NCBI GenBank assembly: GCA_045105515.1
Contig: JBGCDR010000034.1
Coordinates: forward strand, 3,888-67,887
Direction of reading: 5' to 3'
Origin: Oligoflexales bacterium
GTDB lineage: Bacteria; Bdellovibrionota_B; Oligoflexia; Oligoflexales; Bog-1112
Length of the DNA: 64,000 nt
Below the pieces are notes generated by a model. The model had not been told where the DNA came from. It worked only from the letters and a program-made list of their open reading frames with translations, and made no database searches. The translations under genes were made by a program, and so were the position numbers. Below, one piece after another: positions 20,942 to 31,249 of the stretch. Positions within the stretch are counted from its first letter, which is position 1. Every line of letters starts with the position of its first letter.

Positions 20942-21493
20942 TTAAGCTTCTGCTTGTTTTCCTGTTTCTGCATGCCTAATTTGCTGTAGGCCCTCTGCAG
21001 GAACTCCACGAGCATCAGCATACTGCTCGATAGTCATTAGTTGTCTAAGACCATCAATAGTAGCCCGTACCACATTGTGAGCGTTCTTAGAACCATGTAC
21101 TTTACATACAATATCCTGTAAGCCACTTAATTCTACAAGCGTACGGACGGCACCACCAGCAATTATACCTTTACCAGTTTTTGCTGGATACATCCTGACC
21201 CGCGAGGCTCCGAAACGGCCGTCAACTTCAAATGGTAAGGTACCTTTGACCTGAGAGACGTCGATCAAACTTTTTTTAGCTTGCTCCGATGCCTTCTTAA
21301 TAGCGTCGGGAACTTCTCCAGCCTTTCCAACTCCAAAACCTACTTTGCTCTTACCATCACCGACGACCACGAGTGCACTGAAGCTAAAGCGTCTACCGCC
21401 CTTAACTACTTTGGCAACTCGGTTGATTGCTACGACACGATCTTGAAAACCGTCGGTTTCTTTTTCCTTAAAGTTAGACAATGTTAGCTCCAA
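20942..21493 (-). CDS. rpsE: 30S ribosomal protein S5
   Basis: [24 protein letters not shown]; true start may be TTG at 21481. Confidence 0.98.
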   Translation of the reverse strand: MELTLSNFKEKETDGFQDRVVAINRVAKVVKGGRRFSFSALVVVGDGKSKVGFGVGKAGEVPDAIKKASEQAKKSLIDVSQVKGTLPFEVDGRFGASRVRMYPAKTGKGIIAGGAVRTLVELSGLQDIVCKVHGSKNAHNVVRATIDGLRQLMTIEQYADARGVPAEGLQQIRHAETGKQAEA

Positions 21494-21541
21494 CGCTATG
21501 AGTAATCAGAACAGATACTGTTCGAAATTTATAAATCAATC

Positions 21542-21901
21542 CTAGAAAACCAATCCACCTTCACGCGCACCGTCTGCTAAGGCTTTAACGCGACCATGAT
21601 ACTGGTTACCATTTTTATCGAAAACGATCTTTTCAATGCTTTTTTCTTTACAACGAGCAGCTATCAACTTGCCAATTTCACCACAAACTTCTGTATTGGC
21701 ATTTCGATGGTTACCCTTTTCAAAAGAGCTTGCTGAGACTAAAGTTTTGCCGGCAGTATCGTCGATGACCTGCGCGTAAACGTGTCTAGCTGACTTGAAA
21801 ACAGAGAGCCGAGGTCTAGCCTCAGTACCGTTCACCTTTTGACGGACTCTTTTTTTCCGCTTAATTTTCAAATACTGTTTTCTTTTGACTTTATTATCCA
21901 T
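21542..21901 (-). CDS. rplR: 50S ribosomal protein L18
   Basis: [26 protein letters not shown]. Confidence 0.98.
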   Translation of the reverse strand: MDNKVKRKQYLKIKRKKRVRQKVNGTEARPRLSVFKSARHVYAQVIDDTAGKTLVSASSFEKGNHRNANTEVCGEIGKLIAARCKEKSIEKIVFDKNGNQYHGRVKALADGAREGGLVF

Positions 21902-21925
21902 GGCTATCGGCCCGTACAATTAAGG

Positions 21926-22477
21926 TTATTTTTTACCTGCTGATTTACCTACTTTGGTGACAATGACTTCATCAACATAGCGAACGCCTTTTCCATGATA
22001 TGGCTCAGGCTTCCTGAATGCTCTTATATTAGCAGCAGTTTGACCGACCAATTCTTTATCAGCCCCACTCACTACCACCATTGGGTCTTTACCCAGCTTA
22101 TCCACTTTAATTTCAATTCCCTGCGGAATTGGATACACGACAGGATGGCTGTACCCTAAGGTCAACTGAAGGTCTTTACCAGCCACTGCTGCTCTGTAAC
22201 CTACACCTCGTAACAAGAGCCTTTTTGAAAAGCCATTCTTAACACCTTCAACCATATTATTTACAAGGCTGCGAGTTAAACCATGATAATTAACTTCTGG
22301 CTTATCTTCTCTTGCAGGCACAACTTTAAGAACAGAACCTTCTAGTTCAAGCTTCATCGTCGGATGAATTTTCCTAGCCAAGTCACCTTTTGGGCCTTTA
22401 ACGGCAATGTTAAGTCCATCGACTTTGACTTCAACGCCAGAAGGCACGCTTATTTCTTTTTTGCCGATACGCGACAT
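21926..22477 (-). CDS. rplF: 50S ribosomal protein L6
   Basis: MSRIGK, RKPEPYHGKGVRY. Confidence 0.99.
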   Translation of the reverse strand: MSRIGKKEISVPSGVEVKVDGLNIAVKGPKGDLARKIHPTMKLELEGSVLKVVPAREDKPEVNYHGLTRSLVNNMVEGVKNGFSKRLLLRGVGYRAAVAGKDLQLTLGYSHPVVYPIPQGIEIKVDKLGKDPMVVVSGADKELVGQTAANIRAFRKPEPYHGKGVRYVDEVIVTKVGKSAGKK

Positions 22478-22495
22478 TCTTATTACCTCAATCTT

Positions 22496-22900
22496 TTAAT
22501 AAACGGAACAGAGGTACTCACCACCAATGTTTCTTTTCCTAGCTTCCCGACAGGTCATAACTCCCTGCGATGTAGAAAGTATACCGATACCAAAGCCATT
22601 TTTTACATATGGTACCGTCTGGGAAGTGACGTAACGCCTACAACCCGGCTTACTTTCCCTTTTTAATGACTCGATAACACCACTTTGCGTAGCACCTTCG
22701 CGGTATTTTAAAGCAATCTTAATGATGCCTTGCTTATTATCTCTGACACATTTATAGGCTCTGATAAACCCTTCTTGCTTTAGCAAATGTGTCACAGCTA
22801 TTTTCATTTTTGATGCCGGGACCGTAACAACATCAAAGCCAGCTTTCTGGCCGTTACGAATCCTGGTTAAAAGATCAGCAATAGGATCTGTAATATTCAT
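22496..22900 (-). CDS. rpsH: 30S ribosomal protein S8
   Basis: TDPIADLLTRIRN, ILSTSQGVMT. Confidence 0.98.
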   Translation of the reverse strand: MNITDPIADLLTRIRNGQKAGFDVVTVPASKMKIAVTHLLKQEGFIRAYKCVRDNKQGIIKIALKYREGATQSGVIESLKRESKPGCRRYVTSQTVPYVKNGFGIGILSTSQGVMTCREARKRNIGGEYLCSVY

Positions 22901-22926
22901 TGCCCATAAACTCCAATCAAACGTCG

Positions 22927-23112
22927 TTACCAAGAAGCCTTAAGAACACCTGGCAAAAACCCTTTTAGAGCCATGGTTCTAAAACAAATACGACACAATC
23001 CAAATTTTCTATAAACAGCCTTAGGTCGACCACAAGTATTACAACGGGTATAGCTGCGTGTCGAAAACTTCGGCTTCCTTTTTGCTTTTTCAATTAAAGC
23101 TTTTCTAGCCAC
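22927..23112 (-). CDS. rpsN: 30S ribosomal protein S14, Zn-binding (type Z)
   Basis: 61 aa, RCNTCGR...GLCRICFR. Confidence 0.98.
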   Translation of the reverse strand: MARKALIEKAKRKPKFSTRSYTRCNTCGRPKAVYRKFGLCRICFRTMALKGFLPGVLKASW

Positions 23113-23120
23113 GGTGACTC

Positions 23121-23669
23121 CTACTTACGAAAAGGAAAGTTAAATTTATTTAGCAGAGCTTTCCCCTGAACATCATCTTTTGCTGAGGTTACGATAGTTA
23201 CACCTAAACCTCTAACACGATCAACCTTGTCATAATCGATTTCAGGAAATACGATCTGCTCTTTTAACCCCAGGGTGTAGTTGCCACGCCCATCGAAAGC
23301 CTTAGGTGAGTAACCGCGAAAGTCTCTTATACGGGGTATTGCAATATTTATCAACCTCTCAAGGAATTCATACATTCTTTTTCCTCGTAAGGTGACACTA
23401 CAACCAATTGGCATCCCGTCACGTAACTTAAAGCCAGCAATACTCTTCTTTGCTTTAGTCATAACAGGTTTTTGACCAGTGATATTAGTCAAATCAGTCA
23501 CAGCAGCTTCTAAAAATTTGATGTTCTGTACTGCTTCTCCTTGACCGCAATTAACCACGACCTTCTCAATACGAGGAACAGTCATCACATTCTTAATTCC
23601 AAGCTCCTTCTGAAGCTCCGGAACTATATCCTGATACACTTTCAAATATCTTGGCACGTAACTAGCCAC
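23121..23669 (-). CDS. rplE: 50S ribosomal protein L5
   Basis: [23 protein letters not shown]. Confidence 0.99.
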   Translation of the reverse strand: MASYVPRYLKVYQDIVPELQKELGIKNVMTVPRIEKVVVNCGQGEAVQNIKFLEAAVTDLTNITGQKPVMTKAKKSIAGFKLRDGMPIGCSVTLRGKRMYEFLERLINIAIPRIRDFRGYSPKAFDGRGNYTLGLKEQIVFPEIDYDKVDRVRGLGVTIVTSAKDDVQGKALLNKFNFPFRK

Positions 23670-23708
23670 TTTAATCTCTCCAAATCAGGTCTTACCTGGG
23701 TAATAATA

Positions 23709-24080
23709 TTAGAGAACTTCCGGAGCAAGCGAAGCAATACGGACGTAACCCTTATTTCTAACTTCTCTTGAAACAGGTCCAAATATACGAGTTCCGACCG
23801 GCTCATTGTCCTTGCCTTTGATCAGAACACAAGCATTCTCATCAAAACGAATGGTAGATCCATCCTTCCGGGTAATTGGTGCAGCAGTTCTCACGATAAC
23901 TGCTTTATGGACTGAGCCTTTTTTAACCTTACTATTAGCAAGAGCTTCTTTTATAGAAACCATAATCACATCACCGACTCCAGCTGTCAGACGCTTACTG
24001 CCACCTAGTACTTTGATGCACTTTACTTGCTTCGCACCGGAGTTATCTCCAGCCTTTAATACTGATTCCATTTGTATCAT
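23709..24080 (-). CDS. rplN: 50S ribosomal protein L14
   Basis: MIQMES...[21 protein letters not shown]. Confidence 0.99.
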   Translation of the reverse strand: MIQMESVLKAGDNSGAKQVKCIKVLGGSKRLTAGVGDVIMVSIKEALANSKVKKGSVHKAVIVRTAAPITRKDGSTIRFDENACVLIKGKDNEPVGTRIFGPVSREVRNKGYVRIASLAPEVL

Positions 24081-24118
24081 GGTATTCGCCCCAATTAACA
24101 AGTCACAGACTTGTTGCC

Positions 24119-24388
24119 TTATTCTTTAGCCTCTTTCACGATGCTCAAAAGTCGAAAACTTTTACGCGCACTGATTGGTCTTGATGGTGTTATCAGAACT
24201 TCATCGCCAAGCTTTGATGCGTTCTTCTCATCGTGAAACATGAACTTTGTTGTTTTTTTGATATATTTTCCAACTACGGGATGCTTAACCATTCGTTCTA
24301 CAGTTACAACCCGTGTCTTTTCCATCTTCGCGCTGGTTACTACACCGCGGACTGACTTTTGTTTTTTTACTTCACCGCTCACTTGCAC
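24119..24388 (-). CDS. rpsQ: 30S ribosomal protein S17
   Basis: [23 protein letters not shown]. Confidence 0.97.
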   Translation of the reverse strand: MQVSGEVKKQKSVRGVVTSAKMEKTRVVTVERMVKHPVVGKYIKKTTKFMFHDEKNASKLGDEVLITPSRPISARKSFRLLSIVKEAKE

Positions 24389-24393
24389 ACCTT

Positions 24394-24609
24394 TTAATGA
24401 GATGATTGATTCATCAAATTTCTTTTGAAAGTCATAACCCTTGCGAGGTTTTTCTTTAAGTTTTTAACCTTCCCAGTGTGAAGCTTTTTATCGGTAAAAA
24501 TATCTAGGCGAACTTTTGCAAGTTCTTTCCTTATGTCCACCTCAACTTCATTTAACCTGGCTCGGTCAAAGCTGCTAATATCATCTTTTTTCAGTTTCTC
24601 TAGTTCCAT
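24394..24609 (-). CDS. rpmC: 50S ribosomal protein L29 (divergent)
   Basis: Position between rplP and rpsQ; KELAKVRL...KKNLARVMT helix pattern. Confidence 0.85.
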   Translation of the reverse strand: MELEKLKKDDISSFDRARLNEVEVDIRKELAKVRLDIFTDKKLHTGKVKNLKKNLARVMTFKRNLMNQSSH

Positions 24610-24618
24610 GATCTTTCC

Positions 24619-25041
24619 TTAGATCCAAGGGTCATCATTTTTTACTAACAATCGGGTCTTGACGGGGAGCTTAGCTGCTGCGAGCTGCAGAGCTTCGACC
24701 GCAAGTTCTTTTTCAATCCCACCAATTTCATATAGAACCCGACCTGGGCGCACTTTAGCGGCATAATGATCTACAGAACCCTTACCCTTACCCATTCGTA
24801 CTTCAGCAGGCTTTTTGCTAACTGGAGTATCTGGAAAGATCTTTATCCAGACTTGACCACCACGTTTGGTCTTTCTGGTCATGGCTATCCTGGCCGCTTC
24901 TATCTGCCGAGCAGTTATACGCCCTCCTTCGAGAGACATCAAGCCAAATTCGCCGAAAGCAAGATGATTACCAGTTTGAGCTTGCCCTCGAATCCTGCGC
25001 TTTTGCTGCTTTCTAAATTTCATTTTTTTTGGCGCTAACAT
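24619..25041 (-). CDS. rplP: 50S ribosomal protein L16
   Basis: [18 protein letters not shown]. Confidence 0.99.
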   Translation of the reverse strand: MLAPKKMKFRKQQKRRIRGQAQTGNHLAFGEFGLMSLEGGRITARQIEAARIAMTRKTKRGGQVWIKIFPDTPVSKKPAEVRMGKGKGSVDHYAAKVRPGRVLYEIGGIEKELAVEALQLAAAKLPVKTRLLVKNDDPWI

Positions 25042-25071
25042 TGACCTTCTCCTTGCAACTACGTCTAAGAC

Positions 25072-25713
25072 TTATGCCTTATCAAGTATCTCGCCGTTAA
25101 AAATCCAAACTTTAATCCCAATAAGACCATAAGTTGTAAGCGCTTCCGCCGTACCGTAGTCAATATCAGCTCTCAATGTATGCAAAGGAACCCGGCCTTC
25201 ATGATAACGTTCTACACGCGACATGTCAGCTCCGCCGAGACGGCCAGAACATTGTACCTTAATCCCTTTAGCACCTGCTTTTATAGCGCTTGCAATCGCC
25301 TTTTTCATAGCTCTTCGGAAGGACACACGGCGTTCTAACTGCTGGCGAATGCTGTCAGATACGATTTGCGCGTCGGTATCAGGCTTCTTGACTTCATACA
25401 CGTTAAGCGTAGGTTCAGCTGAACTGATCTTACAGATCTTAACAAGCTCATCTTTTAAAGCTTCTGCTCCAGCACCTTTTTTACCAATGATAATTCCTGG
25501 GCGATTACTGTAGATATTCACTTTAAGATTCTTCGCCGCCCGCTCAATATCAACCTTAGCTACTCCAGCTGCAGCAAATTTCTTTGCGATGTACTTGCGA
25601 ATTGCAACATCTTCAGAAACAAAATTCGCATAGTTCTTAGCTGCATACCAACGTGAAGACCAAGTCTTGACTACACCTAAACGAAAACCAGTTGGATGTA
25701 CTTTTTGTCCCAC
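25072..25713 (-). CDS. rpsC: 30S ribosomal protein S3
   Basis: [27 protein letters not shown]. Confidence 0.99.
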   Translation of the reverse strand: MGQKVHPTGFRLGVVKTWSSRWYAAKNYANFVSEDVAIRKYIAKKFAAAGVAKVDIERAAKNLKVNIYSNRPGIIIGKKGAGAEALKDELVKICKISSAEPTLNVYEVKKPDTDAQIVSDSIRQQLERRVSFRRAMKKAIASAIKAGAKGIKVQCSGRLGGADMSRVERYHEGRVPLHTLRADIDYGTAEALTTYGLIGIKVWIFNGEILDKA

Positions 25714-25730
25714 CGACCTATTCCTTCCAA

Positions 25731-26069
25731 TTAGAGCTCTTTCAGCTCAACTGTTATATGTGACGTTCTTTTGCGAATTGGTGTTGCTCTTCCTTGAGCT
25801 CGTGGAAGAAAGCGCTTCATAGTAGGACCTTCATCTACAAACACCTCATTCACAACCAAATGATCAACGTCTACTGTTGCTACATTTTGTGCGTTAGCGA
25901 TTGCTGAGTTAATCATCTTAGCAACCACTGGGGCAGCTCTCTTATTTGTAAATTTAAGAATGTCCAAGGCATCTTGCACATGCTTACCGCGAACAAGGTC
26001 GACAACCAATCGCGCTTTACGAGGAGCAATCCTCACTGCTTTTAAATATGACTTATAGGCTTCTGTCAT
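25731..26069 (-). CDS. rplV: 50S ribosomal protein L22
   Basis: [17 protein letters not shown]...KRTSHI. Confidence 0.99.
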   Translation of the reverse strand: MTEAYKSYLKAVRIAPRKARLVVDLVRGKHVQDALDILKFTNKRAAPVVAKMINSAIANAQNVATVDVDHLVVNEVFVDEGPTMKRFLPRAQGRATPIRKRTSHITVELKEL

Positions 26070-26101
26070 GACTCTATATCCCTAACTTACGCATTTAGCG
26101 A

Positions 26102-26365
26102 TTACTTTTTGCCAGTTTTAACATGGCCTTTGTAGTTCCTAGTCGGTGAGAACTCACCAAGCTTGTGCCCCACCATATCTTCATTTACGTAAACAGGGAC
26201 AAACTTTTTGCCATTATGAACAGCAAACGTCAAGCCAACAAAATCAGGAAGAATAGTAGATCGTCTACTCCACGTCTTTACTGGTTTTTTGTCTTGCTTA
26301 GCCTGCTCAACTTTCTTGAGCAAATAATCATCAACAAATGGGCCTTTTTTTATCGAACGAGCCAC
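26102..26365 (-). CDS. rpsS: 30S ribosomal protein S19
   Basis: [23 protein letters not shown]. Confidence 0.99.
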   Translation of the reverse strand: MARSIKKGPFVDDYLLKKVEQAKQDKKPVKTWSRRSTILPDFVGLTFAVHNGKKFVPVYVNEDMVGHKLGEFSPTRNYKGHVKTGKK

Positions 26366-26381
26366 AAAAGCCTCCTAAATA

Positions 26382-27206
26382 TTATTTCTTGCGTCTTTTG
26401 ATAATCAGTTTATCAGTCCGCTTGTTCTTACGGGTTTTATGACCTTTAGTCGGCACAGCCCATGGAGTAACCGGATGACGACCACCAGAAGTACGACCCT
26501 CTCCACCACCATGCGGGTGATCAACAGGGTTCATTGCAACACCCCTAACCGTAGGCCTGAAACCAAGCTTTCTTGCTTTACCAGCTTTACCAAGCTTAGT
26601 ATTAGAGTGGTCACTATTACTCACCACTCCAATGGTAGCTACACAGACTTCCGGTATCTTACGGAGCTCACCTGATGGCATCTTTAACTGAGCATAGCCT
26701 TCAGTTCTACCAGCCAATTGACAACGACCACCAGCTGAGCGGGCGAGCTGCCCACCTTTACCAGGGCGCATTTCAACGTTATGAACCATAGTACCGATAG
26801 GAATGTTCTTTAAAGGCATCGCATTGCCAGGCTTGATATCTGCCTGACTTGACGCAAGGACCTTGTCACCTTTTTTTAAGCCTTCAGGATGGATAATGTA
26901 TCGCCTTTCACCATCAGCATACAAAATCCTAGCGATAAATGCAGTACGGTTAGGATCGTATTCTATATACTCGACCTTACCAACAATATCCATTTTGTTG
27001 CGTTTAAAATCGATTACTCGATAAGCACGCTTAACTCGCCCACCCCTATGACGAACCGTAATACGGCCAGTATTGTTACGCCCACTTTTACGGCTTAAGC
27101 TTTCTGTAAGCGGCTTGTAGGGCTCAACTTTATCAAGGCAGCTATAGTCAACTACAGCCATCCCTCTCTGACCAGGAGTCATTCCTCTGTAAATCTTCAT
27201 ACCCAT
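26382..27206 (-). CDS. rplB: 50S ribosomal protein L2
   Basis: [26 protein letters not shown]. Confidence 0.99.
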   Translation of the reverse strand: MGMKIYRGMTPGQRGMAVVDYSCLDKVEPYKPLTESLSRKSGRNNTGRITVRHRGGRVKRAYRVIDFKRNKMDIVGKVEYIEYDPNRTAFIARILYADGERRYIIHPEGLKKGDKVLASSQADIKPGNAMPLKNIPIGTMVHNVEMRPGKGGQLARSAGGRCQLAGRTEGYAQLKMPSGELRKIPEVCVATIGVVSNSDHSNTKLGKAGKARKLGFRPTVRGVAMNPVDHPHGGGEGRTSGGRHPVTPWAVPTKGHKTRKNKRTDKLIIKRRKK

Positions 27207-27229
27207 ATCGATCAGCTCTCTTTTCGCTA

Positions 27230-27514
27230 TTAGCCTTCAAAAATATCTAGCTTTTGACCTTGATGAAGCGTAACAACCGCTTTCTTTTTATTTCTACTCA
27301 TGCTCACATGCATCCCTTTACGTCGCATTTTACCGCGGGTGATGCAGGTATTCACACTTGCAACTTTTACATCAAACATAGCTTCTACTGCTGCTTTAAC
27401 ATCAAGCTTACTTGCGTCACGCTTGATTTCGAAGGTGTACTTTGATTCCCGTTCTCTGGTAGCATCGCTTTTCTCAGACAAGACCGGTCTTACGATTACA
27501 CTGTAAGGATTCAT
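27230..27514 (-). CDS. rplW: 50S ribosomal protein L23
   Basis: [15 protein letters not shown]; synteny. Confidence 0.97.
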   Translation of the reverse strand: MNPYSVIVRPVLSEKSDATRERESKYTFEIKRDASKLDVKAAVEAMFDVKVASVNTCITRGKMRRKGMHVSMSRNKKKAVVTLHQGQKLDIFEG

Positions 27515-28137
27515 TACTTCTCACCTCCAAACCTTTGCTCAAGCGCCTTGAGAGCAGTTTCGCTAAGAACAAGAGTCTCATGACGGAGAACTTGCTCAGC
27601 ATTCATTTCGCTGGAAAGCACCGCATCAACCTTGTGAATATTCCTAGCAGAACGGTAAAGGAAGTCATCCTTACGCTCATCTGCAAGCAAAGCATTACTA
27701 CTGAAGACTTTAAGAGCCCCAACAATATGCTTGGTGCTGTAACTGTTGACAGCAAAATCATCAACCAATATCAGCTTGTTATGCTTAACCTTGTCACTCA
27801 AGGCAATCTTAAGAGCAAGCTGCTTAACTTTTTTATTTACTTGCTGACGATAATCTCTCGGCTGCGGTCCGTGGCAAGTTGCACCACCTGGCATAAGAGG
27901 AGAACGACTACTCCCTTGACGAGCATTACCAGTCCCCTTTTGCCGAAAAGGCTTCTTACCGCCACCTGAAACCAAACTTCTGGTTTTAGTAGCATGAGTT
28001 CCTTGCCGCCTATTCGCACGATACGCTTTAACAACTGAATGCAAAACCGCCTCGTTCATATCCACACCGTAGATGTACTCGGGAAGGTCATAGTCTTTGA
28101 CCTTGTCTCCCTTGATGTTTACTACATCCCATTTCAT
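27514..28137 (-). CDS. rplD: 50S ribosomal protein L4
   Basis: RQGTHATKTR, KPFRQKGTGNARQG. Confidence 0.99.
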   Translation of the reverse strand: MKWDVVNIKGDKVKDYDLPEYIYGVDMNEAVLHSVVKAYRANRRQGTHATKTRSLVSGGGKKPFRQKGTGNARQGSSRSPLMPGGATCHGPQPRDYRQQVNKKVKQLALKIALSDKVKHNKLILVDDFAVNSYSTKHIVGALKVFSSNALLADERKDDFLYRSARNIHKVDAVLSSEMNAEQVLRHETLVLSETALKALEQRFGGEK

Positions 28138-28163
28138 GATTCTTTCCTCACTCTCAGGGGCTC

Positions 28164-28811
28164 TTACTTCTTGTTAGTAGGCCTAATTTCCAATAAACCC
28201 TCACGGTGACCAGGAACCGACCCCTTAATAGCGATCAGGTTGTTTTCGGTGTCCACATCCATAACTCGCACGTTTTTAACGGTGCGAGCTGCGACACCCA
28301 TATGGCCAGGTTGGTGCTTATTTTTATACACGCGCCCCGGAGTGGTACACTGCCCCAAAGAGCCTGGTCGCCTATGAAAACGTGAGCCATGAGTCATACG
28401 CCCAATACTCGCATTCCAACGCTTAACAGCTCCCTGAAACCCTCGACCTTTTGTGATGCCAGTAACGTCAACAGCTGCAACTTCTTTAAATTGCTCAGCA
28501 GACATTACCGCTCCAAGTTCAACAGAAAACTGCTCGGGCGTTCTAAACTCTCTGAATCGTGCAAAATTTTCTTCAATACTGTCTTTACGCAAGCGATTCA
28601 CGTCAGCTTTAGTAAGATTTTTTTCAGATTTCTTAAAGAAGCCTACCTGAAAACCCTGATACCCGTTTTTTTCTGAGGTAAGGATTTTAGTAACCTTTTG
28701 CTCTTCTACTTTCAAAAGAGTCACCGGTATTAACTTACCATCAGTATCGACCATTCTGGTCATACCAACTTTTCTGACAATAAGTCCTTTATCGCTAATC
28801 TTCGCCATCAT
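28164..28811 (-). CDS. rplC: 50S ribosomal protein L3
   Basis: KVGMT, GITKGRGFQG, HGSRFHRRPGS. Confidence 0.99.
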   Translation of the reverse strand: MMAKISDKGLIVRKVGMTRMVDTDGKLIPVTLLKVEEQKVTKILTSEKNGYQGFQVGFFKKSEKNLTKADVNRLRKDSIEENFARFREFRTPEQFSVELGAVMSAEQFKEVAAVDVTGITKGRGFQGAVKRWNASIGRMTHGSRFHRRPGSLGQCTTPGRVYKNKHQPGHMGVAARTVKNVRVMDVDTENNLIAIKGSVPGHREGLLEIRPTNKK

Positions 28812-28874
28812 GTAACCTATTCTGGTTGTTAAGCCTTGCACTTCAATTATTGGCTATCAAAGCCACATGCACCC

Positions 28875-29186
28875 TTAATAAAGCTTAATTTCCACATCAA
28901 CCCCGGAAGCCAAATCAAGCTTCATCAGAGCATCAATCGTTTGCTGCTTTGGTTCTAAAATATCTAAGACTCTTTTATGAGTCCTTACCTCAAACTGCTC
29001 TCTTGATTTCTTGTTAACGTGAGGACTACGCAATACAGTGTAACGATTAATCCCTGTAGGCAGAGGAACTGGTCCAGCAATACGCGCACCTGTGCGTTTC
29101 GCTCTCTCAATAATTTCCGCAGCGGATCTATCAATCAACCTGTGGTCGTAACCACGCAAACGAATCCTGATCTTTTGGCTTTCCAT
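28875..29186 (-). CDS. rpsJ: 30S ribosomal protein S10
   Basis: [20 protein letters not shown]. Confidence 0.99.
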   Translation of the reverse strand: MESQKIRIRLRGYDHRLIDRSAAEIIERAKRTGARIAGPVPLPTGINRYTVLRSPHVNKKSREQFEVRTHKRVLDILEPKQQTIDALMKLDLASGVDVEIKLY

Positions 29187-29326
29187 TTTTTGAATGACCT
29201 TAATTGTCAGATTCTTAGGTAATAATCTTATCAGGGGCGGGAAGATTTCCGCGATACAATGGTATGACGCTTTTTCTAAACGGCATTGGCTTGCATTGCA
29301 GGCTTACCGCACCTGAAGAGAAAAAA

Positions 29327-29355
29327 TTAATAGATCATCGTAGAAAGTTTGTCAA
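29327..29355 (-). promoter_or_regulatory. Candidate sigma70 promoter of the S10 operon
   Basis: Minus strand TTGACA-N17-TATTAA about 140 bp upstream of rpsJ. Confidence 0.55.
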
Positions 29356-29436
29356 GGTTTTAAACTAAAATAGGAGCTATAATGAGACAAGTAACGAAAA
29401 ATCATACCAAACCCACAATCTGATTTGGACACTTTC

Positions 29437-29916
29437 ATGCAAATTAGCCAGTCAATAAGAAAGTCATTATTATTGTCTACCAAGGCCTTGTTTTTATTTG
29501 CCTTTGGACTATCTGGATGTAGCTTATTTAAAGAATCACCAATAGCCAGGGACCCATTTGACCGAAGAAATGAAAATATAGAGAAAGAAGAAGTCAAACA
29601 AGCACCTTCCGCTCAAGATCAATGGAAGGAGGAAGAGGAGCTCCCTCAAGGTCCCGCCAGCTCTGCCACGGAGGCATTAAATGAAGTCATGAGCCATAAT
29701 ATTGACATGATTTCTGAGGATTTCCTTGAAGGGAATATTGAATATTGGGTAAGCGCCAGGCAGTTAAATGTAAGATCAGGCCCAAGCGCTCGGTATGAAA
29801 AAGTAGGAAGCTTAAGAAAGGGCACCAAGGTAATTGTCCTTGAGCGTAGAGGAAATTGGATTCGGATAGAATCAAAGCAGTGGGTTTCAAAAAATTTTCT
29901 AAAAGAAAGACCATAG
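29437..29916 (+). CDS. Lipoprotein with C-terminal bacterial SH3 domain
   Basis: Lipobox LSGC; LNVRSGPS...VGSLRKG..V...GNWIRI...WVS SH3b pattern. Confidence 0.85.
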   Translation: MQISQSIRKSLLLSTKALFLFAFGLSGCSLFKESPIARDPFDRRNENIEKEEVKQAPSAQDQWKEEEELPQGPASSATEALNEVMSHNIDMISEDFLEGNIEYWVSARQLNVRSGPSARYEKVGSLRKGTKVIVLERRGNWIRIESKQWVSKNFLKERP

Positions 29917-30171
29917 GCAAAAATCTTATCAAACTCACTGCCAATTGCTGCAGGCATATTGCTAGCTCTTGTTAGTAGGCTAGCGTCAAATTAGGTATAA
30001 TATGCCTATTACATAACAAACTACCCCCATTAGATCCAGGAACCAAAATGGAGATCAATATGGGGTATGCACTAAACAAAACTCTCATATGAAGGGGGAT
30101 TTTTGACCTCCCTCATTTTATTGAGGCTGTTACTCAATAAAATGAAGGCTAGTCAAGGTGCCGGTTAAAAC

Positions 30172-30198
30172 TTAAGCGAATTCTGCAACTTTCGATAC
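30172..30198 (+). promoter_or_regulatory. Candidate sigma28 (FliA)-type promoter
   Basis: TTAA-N15-TTCGATAC upstream of the gene at 30215. Confidence 0.4.
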
Positions 30199-30214
30199 AT
30201 CAAAGAGGGTGGGT

Positions 30215-31249
30215 ATGGCTTGCAAGCTTTCTATGGCTCTCTTGCTAGCAATTACATGCCTTTTAAATAAAAATTTGTGGGCAAGGCCAATTAATAGTTA
30301 TCTAAAACTATATTGGGGGAACTGTACATTAGATTCAGACCCTAAAGCAGCTACCCCCTTTTCAAAAACCTATGCAGCTATTTGCCTAAAGCCGGAATTA
30401 CATCAATCTATGAGCCACCAACAAAAAACCAGCCACAATCAGTATTATCATTACTCTAAAATTTATGCAGGCTTTCATACGCTAGGCACAATAGGATTTC
30501 ATTGGTCAGGCTTTCAAAAAATACAGTCTGATGATGGACCTGGCACTCAAATAGACATTAATCGGACCACCAATACAGCAGCTCTGACAATTGGCAAGTT
30601 GGGTATTAACAGAATCCTACTTTCTGCAGGCAAGCAAAAAATGGGTTTTGGCATTGGCATCATGCCAAAGGGTGCTTTTATAGAATCGATAAACGCACCT
30701 AGTTTTTGGGATAGCCCTAACTACAGCCTTAGTGCCAGCTGGGACAATTTAGTAGACGCAACAGCTCAGGTATCGATCGGAATTGAGAACCCTGACGAGC
30801 TACTTTTTTTAGAGCAAGAACTTAAACAACTGAGTATAGCCAGTAGGCTCATTTATGATTCTCCGGCATGGTTTGGTACCAGATTTGTCATATCTGGGCT
30901 AGCACACCACAATGGTGAGCGGAGGTTTGGAATAGGGATGTTAAACATTGCTCCTAATCGAGCTATAAGCTTGGTTGAATGGATTAGAAGCAGACAAACA
31001 CCTGATGGGAAAAGCACATCTTTTAAGCAATTAATACGCTTTACGCTCATAGGCGAAAAACAATGGAATAAGCAGCCTTTTTTTATGTATGATGACGTCA
31101 GAAAAAATCACAGGCTCTTCGCAATTGGACAGGAATTTTTTTTCTATAATAATATGAGTGTTCGTTTTTCTCTTGCCTACCGAAAAGATGAAAGCAGCAA
31201 ACGCGAGCACCTATTCTATGCCATCGGAGGACTCAGCTTACAGCTATGA
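30215..31249 (+). CDS. Exported protein, probable outer-membrane beta-barrel
   Basis: Signal peptide; alternating amphipathic strands; C-terminal YAIGGLSLQL. Confidence 0.55.
   Translation: MACKLSMALLLAITCLLNKNLWARPINSYLKLYWGNCTLDSDPKAATPFSKTYAAICLKPELHQSMSHQQKTSHNQYYHYSKIYAGFHTLGTIGFHWSGFQKIQSDDGPGTQIDINRTTNTAALTIGKLGINRILLSAGKQKMGFGIGIMPKGAFIESINAPSFWDSPNYSLSASWDNLVDATAQVSIGIENPDELLFLEQELKQLSIASRLIYDSPAWFGTRFVISGLAHHNGERRFGIGMLNIAPNRAISLVEWIRSRQTPDGKSTSFKQLIRFTLIGEKQWNKQPFFMYDDVRKNHRLFAIGQEFFFYNNMSVRFSLAYRKDESSKREHLFYAIGGLSLQL

Noticed and set aside
15511-29222. Many short + strand ORFs across the ribosomal cluster
   Set aside because: Antisense shadows of conserved minus-strand genes.
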